From Macrostomum hystrix (lineage: Eukaryota > Animalia > Platyhelminthes): a stretch of DNA of 64,000 nucleotides. The notes under the pieces are model-generated. The model saw only the letters and a program-made list of their open reading frames with translations, was not told the origin of the DNA and ran no database searches. The position numbers were made by a program, and so were the translations under genes. Positions 12,270-24,864 of this stretch are shown here, piece after piece (position 1 is the stretch's first letter; every line of letters starts with the position of its first letter). The DNA lies in the NCBI GenBank assembly GCA_950097015.1, contig CATNEN010000001.1, forward strand, positions 23,498,001-23,562,000. Direction: 5' to 3'.

Positions 12270-15200
12270 TCATCCCCAGGTGCCCAGTTCCTCCCGCATA
12301 TCCCGACGGTCTCGAGCAGTTCGCTCCCGTTTCGCCGCCCGCCTACCGGCGCGCAGTCCGGCGCGGCGCATCTCGCGCCGTCGCTCGTTGCGCACCCGGC
12401 GCCGCGTCTCCTCTTCGTCGGCTGTGGCCGGTGGCCGCTTGACTTGCTTCGAGTGTCTCGGCGGCTTCTTGGAAGCTGCTGCTGCCGCTGTGGCACCGGC
12501 TGCGCCTTCATCAGCATCTTTTTCGCTGTCATCGACTGAGTCTGAGTCTTCCGAGTCTTCCGAGTCGCCGCTAGTGCTGTGACCGCCTGAGTTAGAACCT
12601 TCGACGTGCTCAGCTCCAGCTGTGGTTTCATTGGCATCTGTCACCTTCTCAGCTTCGGCATCATCAACGTCATTGTCTGCAGATTCTTCGCCTGAAAATT
12701 CTTCCTCTTCTTCGGCAACAACGTCCTGAAATTGTCAGGGTGGGGATCAGGGTTCATAGAAAAAGGCTGCGACAGGCTTGGATTTAATCACTGAAGCTTC
12801 AGGTGGAAGGGGGATTGAATCACTGAAGCTTCAGGTGAAAGAGGGATTGAATTACTGAAGCTTCAGGTGGAAGAGGGATTAAATCACTGAAGCTTCAGGT
12901 GGAAGGGGGATTGAATCACTGTAGCTTCAGGTGGAAGAGGGATTGAATCACTGAAGCTTCAGGTGGAAGAGGGATTGAATCACTGAAGCTTCAGGTGGAA
13001 GAGGGATTGAATCACTGAAGCTTCAGGTGGAAGAGGGATTGAATCACTGAAGCTTCAGGTGGAAGAGGGATTGAATCACTGAAGCTTCAGGTGGAAGGGG
13101 GATTGAATCACTGAAGCTTCAGGTGGAAGAGGGATTGAATCACTGAAGCTTCAGGAAGCGATCTTTGTAGGGTCCTGTCAAAGTTTCTAGAAGGAGCTAG
13201 AGCAAGAAGTCCATAGCAACAAGGCCAGCAACCAACAGCACTCACCCCAGTCCTGTAGCCTGACGCCCTCAGCTTTTCGTCCAGTCGAATGCCACCCGCA
13301 TCCCTGGCGATGTCGGGCAGGCTGGCTGGCAGACGCTCCTGCAGCCAGCCATTGCGCAGCTGTTCAAAGCGGCGAAGGAAGAATTTCACCAGACAGTCAG
13401 AGTCTCTGTCGTATTGTTCGCGCGCGTGCGGATGCTGGCGGGAGATGCACTGCGGCAGGTCGATGATGCGAATGCGGGCTAATGGGCCGGCCTCTGCAAC
13501 TGCGGAGATGCGGATTTAGCCTTGTGAGCCGTGTGAGCCGCGGAGAGAAGACTTGGGAATTTGTCATGCAATTTACGCCATTAAGGGCGAAACTCCAAGG
13601 CAAAGCATAGTGTACACTTCCTGACGATGAGAAAGTCGGGGCGGATGTGCACACCTGTGTGAGTAGCCTAAACACAGTTTATCCAGCTGACACTAGACCC
13701 GCAGCCAGCGAGGAGGCAATTCTGCCTATTTCGCTGACTCCTGAGCACACACGCTCACACAGGTGTGTACCTCTGCCCTTATTTTCTTATCGCCAGGCAG
13801 TGTCCACACTCTCACTGTGCCTTGGAGGTTGGCCCTCAAAGGCGTAAATTGCACGACAAGCCCCCCAAGCCTTCTCACAGCGGCTGCGCCCCCAAATAAA
13901 TGTGGCCCCGACCTTGGTGCGAGAGGCAAACGCGTTAACCGCTCTGCCACTGACCCTCCGCGGGTCTACTGTAACCAAAAGAAGTGCCATTGCCCGCAGC
14001 CCTCCAGCAATTATGACTATTATCATTAGTGAGGATTTTTTCCTAAAATGCCTTGGTCTAGATTATAATCCCATTTTCCCTCAACACACACCATCTTCCT
14101 CATTGTCCAGTTCAGGCTCCTGCACCAGCAGGTTGAACTCATTGTAATCGCCATGCACCAGGCCCAGCTGTGCCAGCCGTTCCAGGCCAGCTCGGCACTG
14201 ATTGTACAGCTCCTCAGCTTCGGGATGATCGCTAGACACGCTGTTCAATGGCGTAGCATTGGTCACAAACTCCATGACAACCGCGTGCCGATTGTGACCA
14301 GCCGGCTTCGGAACCGGCAGTCCCTCGGCGTGCAGCGCCTCCAGAAAGGCGTATTCTCTCTCAGCCGAGAGCCGGCTGATGTACAGCCAGTTGAAGTGCC
14401 GCCTGGACCCAATGTAGTCTCGCTTGTTCTTCAACTGACGAAACGAAGTCCGACCAAGCCGGTGCAGCTTCACTACCACCTCGCCGCCAGAGCCGTCCCT
14501 GGCCAAGTAGACGTCACTCTCCTTGCCGACACCGATCTGGCTGCCGATGCCGGTGAGTTTTCCGGCATTGACCAGGGCTTTCAGGGCCAGGCAGTCGTAT
14601 CCGGCTACGGTTAGTCTGTAGCCTGACTCGGCATGGCTGAGCAGCCGGCGCTGGCACAGGTCGCGGCAGATCTTGAGCACACCACTGTCTGAGCAGCGCA
14701 GGCCGGAAATGGCTTTGGCCAGTTTGTCTGGCACAAATTCGTGGTTTTTCATGCCCATTTCTACCTGCATATTTTTAAAAGTTCGACTTGACATAAAAAT
14801 AACATTACTGCAGCTATTCGCAATATTTAAATGTAAAACTTCAGAAAGAGTAAAATGAAGCTCTAAAATCAGCATGGCAGACTGAGCATGGCAATTTTTT
14901 TAATTGAGAAACCTACCATGCAAGTGTCACACACTAGAAACTATTGTTAGATAGAAGATAAACATATAAATATGTTCCTATTCCACATTTAATGCATTAC
15001 CAGAAATTTTGTAATAGTCATGTTTGATTTAAAACATCCTTAGCTTGTAAAACAAATGAAAATGTCACTCGAGACAAATGGTTGTTTTAGCATTAGGTAA
15101 TTTCTGTGACAGTCATTTTGGTGTCAATTATAGTTTGCTGAATATTAAAATGTTATAAAGCACAAATCACATGTCCATATGGGCAGATCAATTTCGTTGA

Positions 15201-16228
15201 CAATAGCATTTCAAAAGGACATTGAAATTTATTATATACTAGATGCTATTGTCTATCATCAGCTAGCACTTAAAACTGCGGCACTGATAGTAACCTATAG
15301 AAAGTAAATTACAAAATAAAAAATAAAACTGCATAGCATTTTAGTGGCTAATCATGTAGAAAAAAAACACTTAAACTTTCTTATTTCTTGAGCTACTATA
15401 TTGTAATACTTTGCCAGTGGCTACAGTTCAAGATATTTTGTGTAAGAACTCTAGCCTAGATAGAGCTGGCAGTCTACAATTTGTCAAATTGTATTGTCAA
15501 ATTATCAAACCTCTAGCCTAGATATTATTGTCAAGCTACAGATACATGTAGCCTTTTGTCTGTAATGTTAAATATAAACAATAAATGTAGTATATATACA
15601 TAAGACTGATAGGGCAGCATTGTTCATATTATTATGGTTTTAAAATGAAAATAATAAAATCCTATAATCAACTTGAAGATACACATTATTACATTCAGCA
15701 TGTGTAAAAATATTGGACTTCAGCCTACCATACTTATCTAGGTTAGACCATAGTTAAAAGTATGGAGCTGTAGCAACCCACTACCAAAAAAATCTTACTA
15801 GGAAAGTCTCTAATCTTATGACCAAAACCAAACTAAGATTCTAAGATAGTTACCAACAACTGTCTTTTTACTGAATTAACTATCACAAAAAAGTAAAGCA
15901 ACCGAAAACGACAGTGCAAAAGTTTGAAATTTAATTGTTCCATAGTTGTAAAAAAACTTCAATCAAAGCGCTCATCGTCACTAGCTGGCATCTGACAGAT
16001 CGCTTGGCCTTATCTTTCGATTTTTTTTTTCATATTTTGAACATTTTTGCTGTATATCTATTTAAATATATCATGTTAAAAATTCAAATTTTAGGTTTAC
16101 GAAGGTTTACTATAAAAAAACACTCACAAAACTTAATAATTAGGCTTAAAGAAAACACTTACAGCAGTCAAAACTCGCATTTCTTCAGTTGATAGATAGC
16201 GTAAAATATCCACGTTAAGGCGACCCAT
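12270..16228 (-). CDS. RIOK2: RIO kinase 2 (atypical Ser/Thr kinase, pre-40S maturation); exons 16163-16228, 14092-14764, 13246-13499, 12270-12725; ~482 aa
   Basis: Exon 1 reads MGRLNVDILRYLSTEEMRVLTA|VEMGMKNHE (RIO2 N-terminal winged helix). Kinase motifs IGVGKESDVY, KLHRLGRTSFR, HGDYNEFN and IDLPQ follow, then an acidic and a basic C-tail. All introns are GT-AG with consistent phases (0,1,0). Confidence 0.93.
12780..13155. repeat. 32-bp intronic minisatellite (GGGATTGAATCACTGAAGCTTCAGGTGGAAGA), ~11-12 copies, RIOK2 intron 3
   Basis: Direct periodicity; each unit contains the palindrome CTGAAGCTTCAG. Confidence 0.93.
13535..14027. mobile_element. Rearranged SINE family A cluster in RIOK2 intron 2: + fragment 13535-13663, - segment 13688-13957, + 3' tail 13960-14027
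   Basis: Similarity to the other family A copies in both orientations. Confidence 0.85.
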
Positions 16229-18683
16229 TTTTTGTTTTCTTGGTGAAGAGACAATACAGAAATTAATATAGCAAACGCTCTAATTTTCAAGCTCGATAGG
16301 CAGAAAAAATACAAGCAGACAGTATAGAAATATAAAAATAGAAACACCTTAAAACTAATGTGCGTTTTGAGCGAGCGTTTTCGCTTTTGAACAAGCAGTT
16401 CTCGGAAAGCATACCGTTTAAAATTATTATAGTAAAACAAACACTAAATTATGTTAACGTGTAATTTTCGTCTATTTAATAGTAAGAAACATTAAAAATC
16501 AAAAGAAACATAAATTATTAATAAATTATAAAGGCGTGTAATTTAAGTTTTAAAAGTGTTGCCATTAGTAGCCCGTCAAAGTTGTTTTTAACTTGAAAGA
16601 GTGTCACAATTATTTTAAAAAGCAAAACCATAGTCGATAGGTAGTCTCCTCTTTAACTATTCTAATATTAAAAAATAACACATCTTCAATTTTTGTAATT
16701 GTTTTTTCTGGCCATATAGACTATACGAATATATTGTCCTTCGTACGAGTCAATTGTTTGCTATTTTTTATGTGGTATAAATGAATATACTATTATTATA
16801 GCCTATTAGTTAGGCCATACTGCCATAATTAATGGTAAAAAAGTGCTTGTTCTTTTCATCGAGTTATACTTATAAATATATTATTAAATTTTCCAAGTTT
16901 ATACATAAATTATTAAACATTTCGAACAGCAAAGACAAGTTAATTTCATTACCTTATTTTGTTTCACAGTAGATATATGTTCATAATTTAGTAGCATATT
17001 AACATAACGAACATAATTAGTATCTTTATATAAGAGTACTCGTTAGCAGTAGTTATAATTATGTTTTCTTTAATCCTTACAACATAAAGCTACTAGCTCT
17101 GCTAGTTATACGTGTATATTCAGTAACAAGAAGTTTTTTCTTTTATATATATTACGTTTTTATTATAAAGTATACTTGCTTCCGACGACTCGGAGGAGCT
17201 GTCAATGACTTAAGGCGGTAGAGAGTGGTAGAGGGAAGACAGACAATGTCATTCGTTATTTGCTTCTCGCCGTTTCTTTTTTGTTTTACCCATGGCTGCG
17301 GTAAGCAAACCCCAGAGAGATGTGCGGTTGCTGTTGAAGCACACAGGCGTCTCGGACTGGGTAGCAACTCCGATTTCAGCATTGAGGAACTCTTGAGGAA
17401 GTTCCTACAGTGAAAGTGAGGTCAAAGTGAAAGTGAGGACGATAGTAATGCTCATTTTGTTACAGCTCGAAGAAGCCCCACTTCGCCGGCACTGTGCACC
17501 ACCCCCATGCTTGATTAGCAAGAACTTTCAGATAATTTCTGATTAAGTTTCTGTTCGTTTAATTGCTTAAATTTAAGGACAACCTCGAATAAGACCTTAG
17601 CAAGCAGCTTGCTTCCAGTCAGATAGCTTCTCTTCAGCCATATCGGGTTTTCTCAGAGTAATATAAAATCTGGCCATAGACAGCAGAATGACAATGGGCT
17701 TGTAGAATGATAGTCTATGGCTGCCCTGCAGCTACTGGGTTTGAGGGGTAATAATATTTTATATTTCTTATCTTTGGAAGTTTCTAGAAAACTTGTGAAC
17801 AGCTATTTTGCTGGGGAGTAAATTAGTTTCAGTATATTATATTAAAAAGAAGTACGCTCGTATTTTCTGCCTCTTGTGTTTCTGAGCCTATAAACTTAAA
17901 CTATCACTTTCTCAGCATCTGGAGCGAAGCTTGAGAATATTCAAGGTTCACTCAATGTCTTGGTGGAGACAGCATTGGGAGCCACATATTTTGACAATTT
18001 CGAATGTAAAAATTGGCGATCATCAAACATTTTTAAGACATTGATGGACAAGTTGCTGATAGTCAGCGCACATGTACTTCAGTTATGAACAACGTGTTTG
18101 ATTTAAGCATTATCTTTATGTAAGATGCACTATAAAACTAGGATGCCAGGTGCATAAAATGATGTATAATAAGACTTTTGCTCTCTCTGTACATCACGCA
18201 GATCTCAGGACGAATCATATGCATTTTAGAGATAAGAAAAATTGTCTGCACAAAAACAGCTCCGTAGATTTTTACGACAAGCAAAAATTATAATTCGAAA
18301 GAAGTAAAAATATGAAACAAATCTAACAAGGCAATAACATAGGGACCCCATTGTGGTAAGCTGCCAGCCAATACCTTAAAAGTTGCATTGACGTCCAATT
18401 TATTCAATATTCTCAAAAGAAGCGACAACAAATTCAGATGTCAAATGTGAAGCAGAGAAGGAGTTCTAGACTAGACACAGTTGCTAACGTGGAAAATGTG
18501 AAGCAATGTGAATTGGTTACACAACAAAAGTGTGCCAAAATTTGGACAGAAGCATTACATCTCAATGAGGGAACCATTTAATAAAAATCGCTTCGGTTAA
18601 TTAGCAATCTTTCAAACGTTACTGCTGTGAGTAGTTTGCGACGAACATAGATTTTTTTAAAATAATTCAATGACTTCCAGGGC

Positions 18684-20888
18684 TCAGTCAGGAGTCACTT
18701 CACTCCATCGTGCCATCACCGCCCGCACTCTGTCCTCGTCGACTTCGTCAGCGAACAACTCGCTGGCCCAGTCGTCACGCACCAGGCTGCAGTTCTTGAA
18801 GTCGTGCGGCTTTGGTCCGTCAGCTGCGTCAGCTTCTGACAGGTCATTGTGCCGCCTGGCCTGGGTGCGCTTGGCAAATGAAAGCGTCTTCTCACGCTGC
18901 TTCGGCGAAATCTCCGCCACGTCGTCTTTTTCTTCCTCCTCCTCCCTGCCCTCCTCGTCCACCACATCCTCCTGCTCCTCCTCCTCAACCGGTGGTGTTG
19001 GATCAGTCTCGATCTGATGCTGGTGAATGAGAGCGTCAGTCACAGATATTTCAGATTGGTCTGGGCACTGCGTGATACTGTAGGAGGTGACGTGGGTGTT
19101 TGGATTTGAGAACTTCCTGCCGAGGGCGCCGGTGCCGTGGCTCGTTCCCGTGACTCCGGCCGTGTTGGTTCCAGTGTGGCCTCGCCTGCTGCGTCCCTTA
19201 ACGCCGCGTCCGCCGTCGCCTCGTCCGCCGCGATTCTTTGGCTCGTTGATGTAGCTGAGCAGGCGGGTGAGTCTGTGCCTCTGGCACATCAGCACAGACA
19301 CCACGAGGCGTCGAAACTGCTCCTCGCTGATGCAGTAGATGATGAAGTTCACCGAATAGTTTGCCGAGTTCAGCATCAACCCGATGGTGATGTAGTCTGC
19401 CCAGAAAGTGCTGCAGTAGCTACCTGTCATGGCGCCGGTGATTAGGTGAAACAAAGCCAGAGGGAAGCTCAGCACTACGAAGGCTGTCGATACCACAATC
19501 AGCTTCTTAGTCACCTGTCGATCCTGAGCCTCGTCACTCGGTTTCGACTTGCGCAGGTTCTTTGTCTCGGCACTACGCAGCGACATCAGGATGATAAAGT
19601 TGCAGACGCCGGTGACAATGAATGGCACGAGTGACAGGGAGATATTATGAAACATGATGAAGTGCTTGAACAGAGGAAAGTTGATGCGACACTCAGCAAT
19701 GTACTGGCACTGCAGTCCGATGTGCCTCATTAGGCCGCGACCCTGTCGACCGCGACTGAGCAGAATCTGATGGACGCTGGTGATGTTGCCGTCCAAGCCC
19801 AGGTTTTCCTTGTTGATGGACATTTGGGCCAGGACGCCCAGCATTGCTATGGGCTCCTCCATGACCAGACTGCCCGTACCATTGACGCCTTGACGTCTGA
19901 CTCGCGAGCAGTTCGCTAGAGCAAGAAGGGTCGGCGCCACTATAGTTGCATTCGTCGTAACATTGTACAGTCGCTTCGGGTATCTGAAGCTCTCTTTGTT
20001 AAAGCTGAACATGGACGGAATGCAGACCAGACTGGCGGTGATCGTCAGGGCCACCACAGCCGCCCGGGCATTGCGCAGGTTGAAGAAACGCATCCAACGA
20101 AACGGATCGGTCACTACCAGGGCTCGCTCGATGCTGAATAGCACGATGATGTACACGGAAACCATCGTGGTGGTGTGCGAGAAGTACATGCGGATGTTGC
20201 ACATCGGGTAGGAGTTCAACAGCAGCGACAGGAAATTCAGCGGGTGCAAGTTCAAGGCCGGACGTAGCATCATTTGCTGCGACATGAGCAGAACATTAAA
20301 GACAAGAGTGGTTGAGTCGGCCAGTGCGAGGGCTCGCAGGTAGAAGGTACTGGACTGGTTCCGGCGCGACTTGTTGTAGCCCAGTATGCGGAAGGACAAA
20401 ATGTTTCCTGCCAATAGTTGGATTAGTTATAATATCTTGATAAAAACAGCCTACTTTTAGTAGGTAGGATAAGAATGGAAAGGGCGGTCTAACCCGTCTG
20501 CCTCTCGCATCAAGGTCCCTGAGCTCGATTCCGTGGAGAGAAGGCTTCGGGGTTGTTCAACTAAGAGGGCCAAATCCTAAGGCACAGTCTGACAAAAAAA
20601 ACTCTGGGAAAATATACACCCCTGTGTGAGTGCTCAGGAGTCAGCCGAATGGACGGAATCGGCTCTCGCTGGCTGTCTGCAAATGAAGTGCCTGCGTCAA
20701 CAGCCCTCCTGCAAATATAAAAATCTCGAGTGGTGGAACCTAAAAAAGCAGTCGGACTTGTCTGTTTCTCTGATCTGTACGCATTAAATAAAAGTACACG
20801 AGCCCTCCGTACCGATCAGTCCGAATACAACCAGAGGCATGGCCACCGCGTAGCAGGCCCACAGTACTGGCTTGTGAGCCAGGTACAT
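18684..20888 (-). CDS. Class A (rhodopsin-like) GPCR, FMRFamide/peptide-receptor-like orphan; exons 20813-20888 and 18684-20407; possible extra upstream exon 20976-20998 joined via an acceptor at 20898
   Basis: TM1 PLVVFGLIG|N joined across a phase-1 GT-AG intron with a CTAAT branch site. TM2 YLRALALADS, TM3 SIERALVV (DRY equivalent), TM7 NYSVNFIIYC plus helix-8 QFR. Confidence 0.88.
20483..20715 (+). mobile_element. Degraded SINE family A copy in the GPCR intron
   Basis: GCGGTCTAAC...GAGCTCGATTCC head and CAGCCCTCCTGCAA 3' end. Confidence 0.75.
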
Positions 20889-22134
20889 GATGGGAATTCT
20901 GCAATTGTTGTTGCATGAAGCATTGGAAACTGACGAATAATTCGCTATTTTATTCTTGGAAAAAGGCTAGCTTACTTTCCAACACAGCCGATTCCCATGT
21001 TGAACTCTGCAAGCAGTTTCCTCCAAGGCTTTAGCGTTTGTTACAAGCAGCAGTTGCCAGCTCCGGTTTATAAGATGAGAACCATTGGATCCTAAATGAG
21101 TATCGGAGACCTACCGTGAGCTGCTCTGGTCTGAGCACTCGTGAGCACTCTCTGCTCTCAAGGGCTGCAATGGTCCGTTGGCGTCATGAAGTCGATGCCA
21201 TTAAACTCGCCTTGGCTGTTTACGCAGGCGGGACTGGCTGGGAACAAGCGATCCGAAAGGCACCCGAGGAAGCGGGCGTTATAGTGGAGCTAAAGCCTAA
21301 TTGTTGGTCATTCAGCACCCACTGCTCCCTCCCTCCCTCTCTCCCTCCCTCCCATTTTTAGTAGCCTGGCAAATTGCGCCTTCGATAATCCATCCTGTAT
21401 CCAAGCGCATGCGCACGCCGTCTCTGATTGGCTGTCTGGCCAGGGCAGCAATCGCGTGCAATAATCCCCTCGCACAGGCATCTATCTTCACTCCCGGGCC
21501 ATGTGCAGGCTGTGGGCAGGCAGTCATTTCTGCCAATGAGGAAAACTTGTTGCACCCAGGCATCGCTATCCCTAAATCTCCATATTTTCTAATGCATGTC
21601 GCTTGTGTGCAGGCTGGAAAACGGATTCGGTGGCTGTCATAGTTGAATGCTTTCAAGGCTCCCAGAGTGTTCCTGAGGCATTGGGTTTAGAGGTAGCGAT
21701 CCGTCGTGTTGTTCCCCAATCGGACCAGTTGTGATTTTTCTGTGCAACTTCAGCTACCCCCGTTACCAAACGCACTTTAAGTTAGAAAAAAGTACTTCAA
21801 GGATACATCGAATGTTCGCTGTTCGGTGTCGCTTGTGAAAATGTATAACAGAAACGAATAAATTACGAGACTTCATAGATTCCTAGCCTCATTAAACATT
21901 CTATAGGGATCATACCAAATGAAATTCTGTTCGCAACGTTGATAAACGCTCGCTAGCCGCTGCTTAGATAAAAGCTATAAATAAATTATATGAAAGTACC
22001 AAGCATGTTTGGAAATGAAGGCGATAAAATAACGCTTTAAATATCTTGTGTTGCCATGCTTTTGGCCTTTCTTAAGTGCAGGGTTTTGCAAAGAAAACAT
22101 AGAACAAAATACACTGATCTATTACGATTCGGAT

Positions 22135-22960
22135 AGAAAAATAGCACACTTTGGATAAGAAAATGACACTTACGATTAGAAAATGACACTTTCGATTAGA
22201 AAATGACACTTACGATTAGAAAATGACACTTACGATAAGAAAATGACACTTACGATAAGAAAATGACACTTTCGATAAGAAAATGACACTTTCGATTAGA
22301 AAATGACACTTACGATAAGAAATGACACTTTCGATTAGAAAATGACACTTTCGATTAGAAAATGACACTTACGATAAGAAAATGACACTTTCGATTAGAA
22401 AATGACACTTTCGATAAGAAAATGACACTTTCGATTAGAAAATGACACTTACGATAAGAAATGACAATTTCGATTAGAAAATGACACTTTCGATTAGAAA
22501 ATGACACTTTCGATTAGAAAATGACACTTTCGATTAGAAAATGACACTTTGGATAAGAAAATGACACTTACGATAAGAAAATGACACTTACGATAAGAAA
22601 ATGACACTTTCGATTAGAAAATGACACTTTCGATTAGAAAATGACACTTTCGATTAGAAAATGACACTTACGATAAGAAAATGACACTTCCAAAAAGAAA
22701 ATGACACTTCTGATAAGAAAATGACACTTCTGATAAGAAAATGACGTACTCTTCATATAAGAAAATGGCACTCTTCCGATTAGAAAATGACACTCTTCCG
22801 ATAAGAAAATGACACTCTTCCGATAAGAAAATGACACTCTTCCGATAAGAAAATGACACTCTTCCGATTAGAAAATGAAATTCTTCCGGTTAGAAAATGA
22901 CACTCTTCCGATTAGAAAATGACACTCTTCCGATTAGAAAAATGACACTTTCAAAAAGAA
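22135..22960. repeat. 20-bp minisatellite (AGAAAATGACACTTTCGATT) grading into 22-bp variants
   Basis: Direct periodicity. Confidence 0.93.
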
Positions 22961-23554
22961 ATTTAAAAAACTTATTATTATAAAATGGCACACTTAATTT
23001 TCTCGGTTTTTAGGCATGAGCAACAAACTAGCTGCCAAACTAGGTTGATAAGCGAGCGAACAGTTTGAGCGGACAAGAGCTAAGTAGATTACAAATACCA
23101 TTCTTAAAGCTTCTCAACCTAAAATTGATTCTGTCAGGTGAGCTGCCACCAGTACGTGACCAAGATTAAATATATTACCTCATAACCTCCTTATGAGGTA
23201 GGTTATGTACACTTTTGTGTATTTTTTCCGATCGCCTTACTAGGAGGAATCAGGTGAGCCTTAATTTCCTGCGACACCGGGTGTTTCCTTGCTTATTGGA
23301 TAGTTTATGAGTTATAGCTTTGACAGGCAATCAAAACAAGGCCGCCAAACAAGGCAGTCGGGAGAGAACTACAAAAATAGGTATAATGTAGATAAAATGC
23401 AAAACACTTCAACAAAATGATCGACTGACTGGGTAGTCATACTAATTTACTCAAATATGGCAGCCTCAATGCACTGCATCATAACAAATTACACCCATTG
23501 TTTATAATAGTAACGTCTCATGTGACGACAGACACATTTTTAACCTAACATAGA

Positions 23555-24327
23555 AACCAATCCTGAACTGCCACTGAACCAATCCTGAACTGCCACTGAA
23601 CCAATCCTGAACTGCCACTGAACCAATCCTGAACTTCCACTGAACCAATCCTGAACTGCCACTGAACCAATCCTGAACTGCCACTGAACGAATCCTGAAC
23701 TGCCACTGAACCAATCCTGAACTGCCACTGAACCAATCCTGAACTGCCACTGAACTAATCCTGAACTGCCACTGAACCAATCCTGAACTGCCACTGAACC
23801 AATCCTGAACTGCCACTGAACGAATCCTGAACTGCCACTGAACCAATCCTGAACTGCCACTGAACCAATCCTGAACTGCCACTGAACTAATCCTGAACTG
23901 CCACTGAACCAATCCTGAACTGCCACTGAACCAATCCTGAACTGCCACTGAACCAATCCTGAACTGCCACTGAACTAATCGTGAACTGCCCCTGAACGAA
24001 TCCTGAACTGCCACTGAACCAATCCTGAACTGCCCCTGAACCAATCCTGAACTGCCACTGAACCAATCCTGAACTACCACTGAACCAATCCTGAACTACC
24101 ACTGAACCAATCCTGAACTGCCACTGAACCAATCCATAACTGCCACTGAACCAATCCTGAACTACCACTGAACCAATCCATAACTGCCACTGAACCAATC
24201 CTGAACTACCACTGAACCAATCCTGAACTGCCCCTGAACGAATTCTGAACTGCCACTGAACCAATCCTGAACTGCCCCTGAACGAATCCTGAACTGCCAC
24301 TGAACCAATCCTGAAACGCCCCTGAAC
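23555..24327. repeat. 22-bp minisatellite (CTGAACCAATCCTGAACTGCCA), ~35 copies
   Basis: Direct periodicity; dimer of CTGAAC-starting 11-mers; CCAAT in most units. Confidence 0.95.
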
Positions 24328-24663
24328 TCAACAAAAATCCCTGAAGAGCCATATATATTTTCGCTTCAGTAAATTTAGTCTTATAAAAGTGTGTCAAGAA
24401 TTTTTATTTTGCAATCGCTTTAGTGCTTGATTATACAATGTGATAGATTGATATTAAATGTCGTAAAAAGTTTTTGGGTAACTTACTAACCAACTGAACA
24501 AAGCAAACAATGCGAGCAATATAACAGGGCTAGCGCATCGCCTCTATGCCACAATGTGCCATTGCACTCTGTTTGATTAGACAGCAATTTTATGATTTTA
24601 TGGATCCTGGTCTAAATTTAGCGCTAAAAGCTGTCTGTCTGCAGCTGCAACAACAATGCATTA

Positions 24664-24686
24664 GTCACGCTAGCAACTAGCGTGAC
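24664..24686. promoter_or_regulatory. Candidate RFX X-box (GTCACGCTAGCAAC) inside a perfect 10-bp inverted repeat, ~190 bp upstream of the CFAP221 ATG
   Basis: TAGCAAC half-site with X-box spacing; forkhead-type GCAAACA at 24503-24509. RFX/FoxJ1 control of motile-cilia genes is established, but this assignment is inference. Confidence 0.4.
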
Positions 24687-24864
24687 AAACTTCTGAAGTT
24701 CGAAATGTACTAAAATTAGCAAGACAATAACTTTCAATAACTTTCAGCCCAGCCGAGATTTTCTCCTCATGAAACCGACGCCGCGTTGAGCACGGGCTCT
24801 GTGAGAAAGCAAATTTGAGAACGCCGCTAATTTAAAATTGCGAATCGGCCAAATCAGCTAAGAG

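Noticed and set aside
17292-17520. Possible divergent gene starting ATGGCTGCG|GTAAGC
   Set aside because: No downstream exon with a sustained reading frame could be found.
18684-20888. GPCR as the receptor for the nearby OT/VP-like peptide
   Set aside because: Motifs (SIER, NYSVNFIIY) fit FMRFamide-type orphan receptors rather than the OT/VP receptor clade, and linkage alone is no evidence.
23176-23240. let-7-like TGAGGTAG within overlapping hairpins
   Set aside because: Only the seed matches, and the fold lacks a proper pre-miRNA stem.
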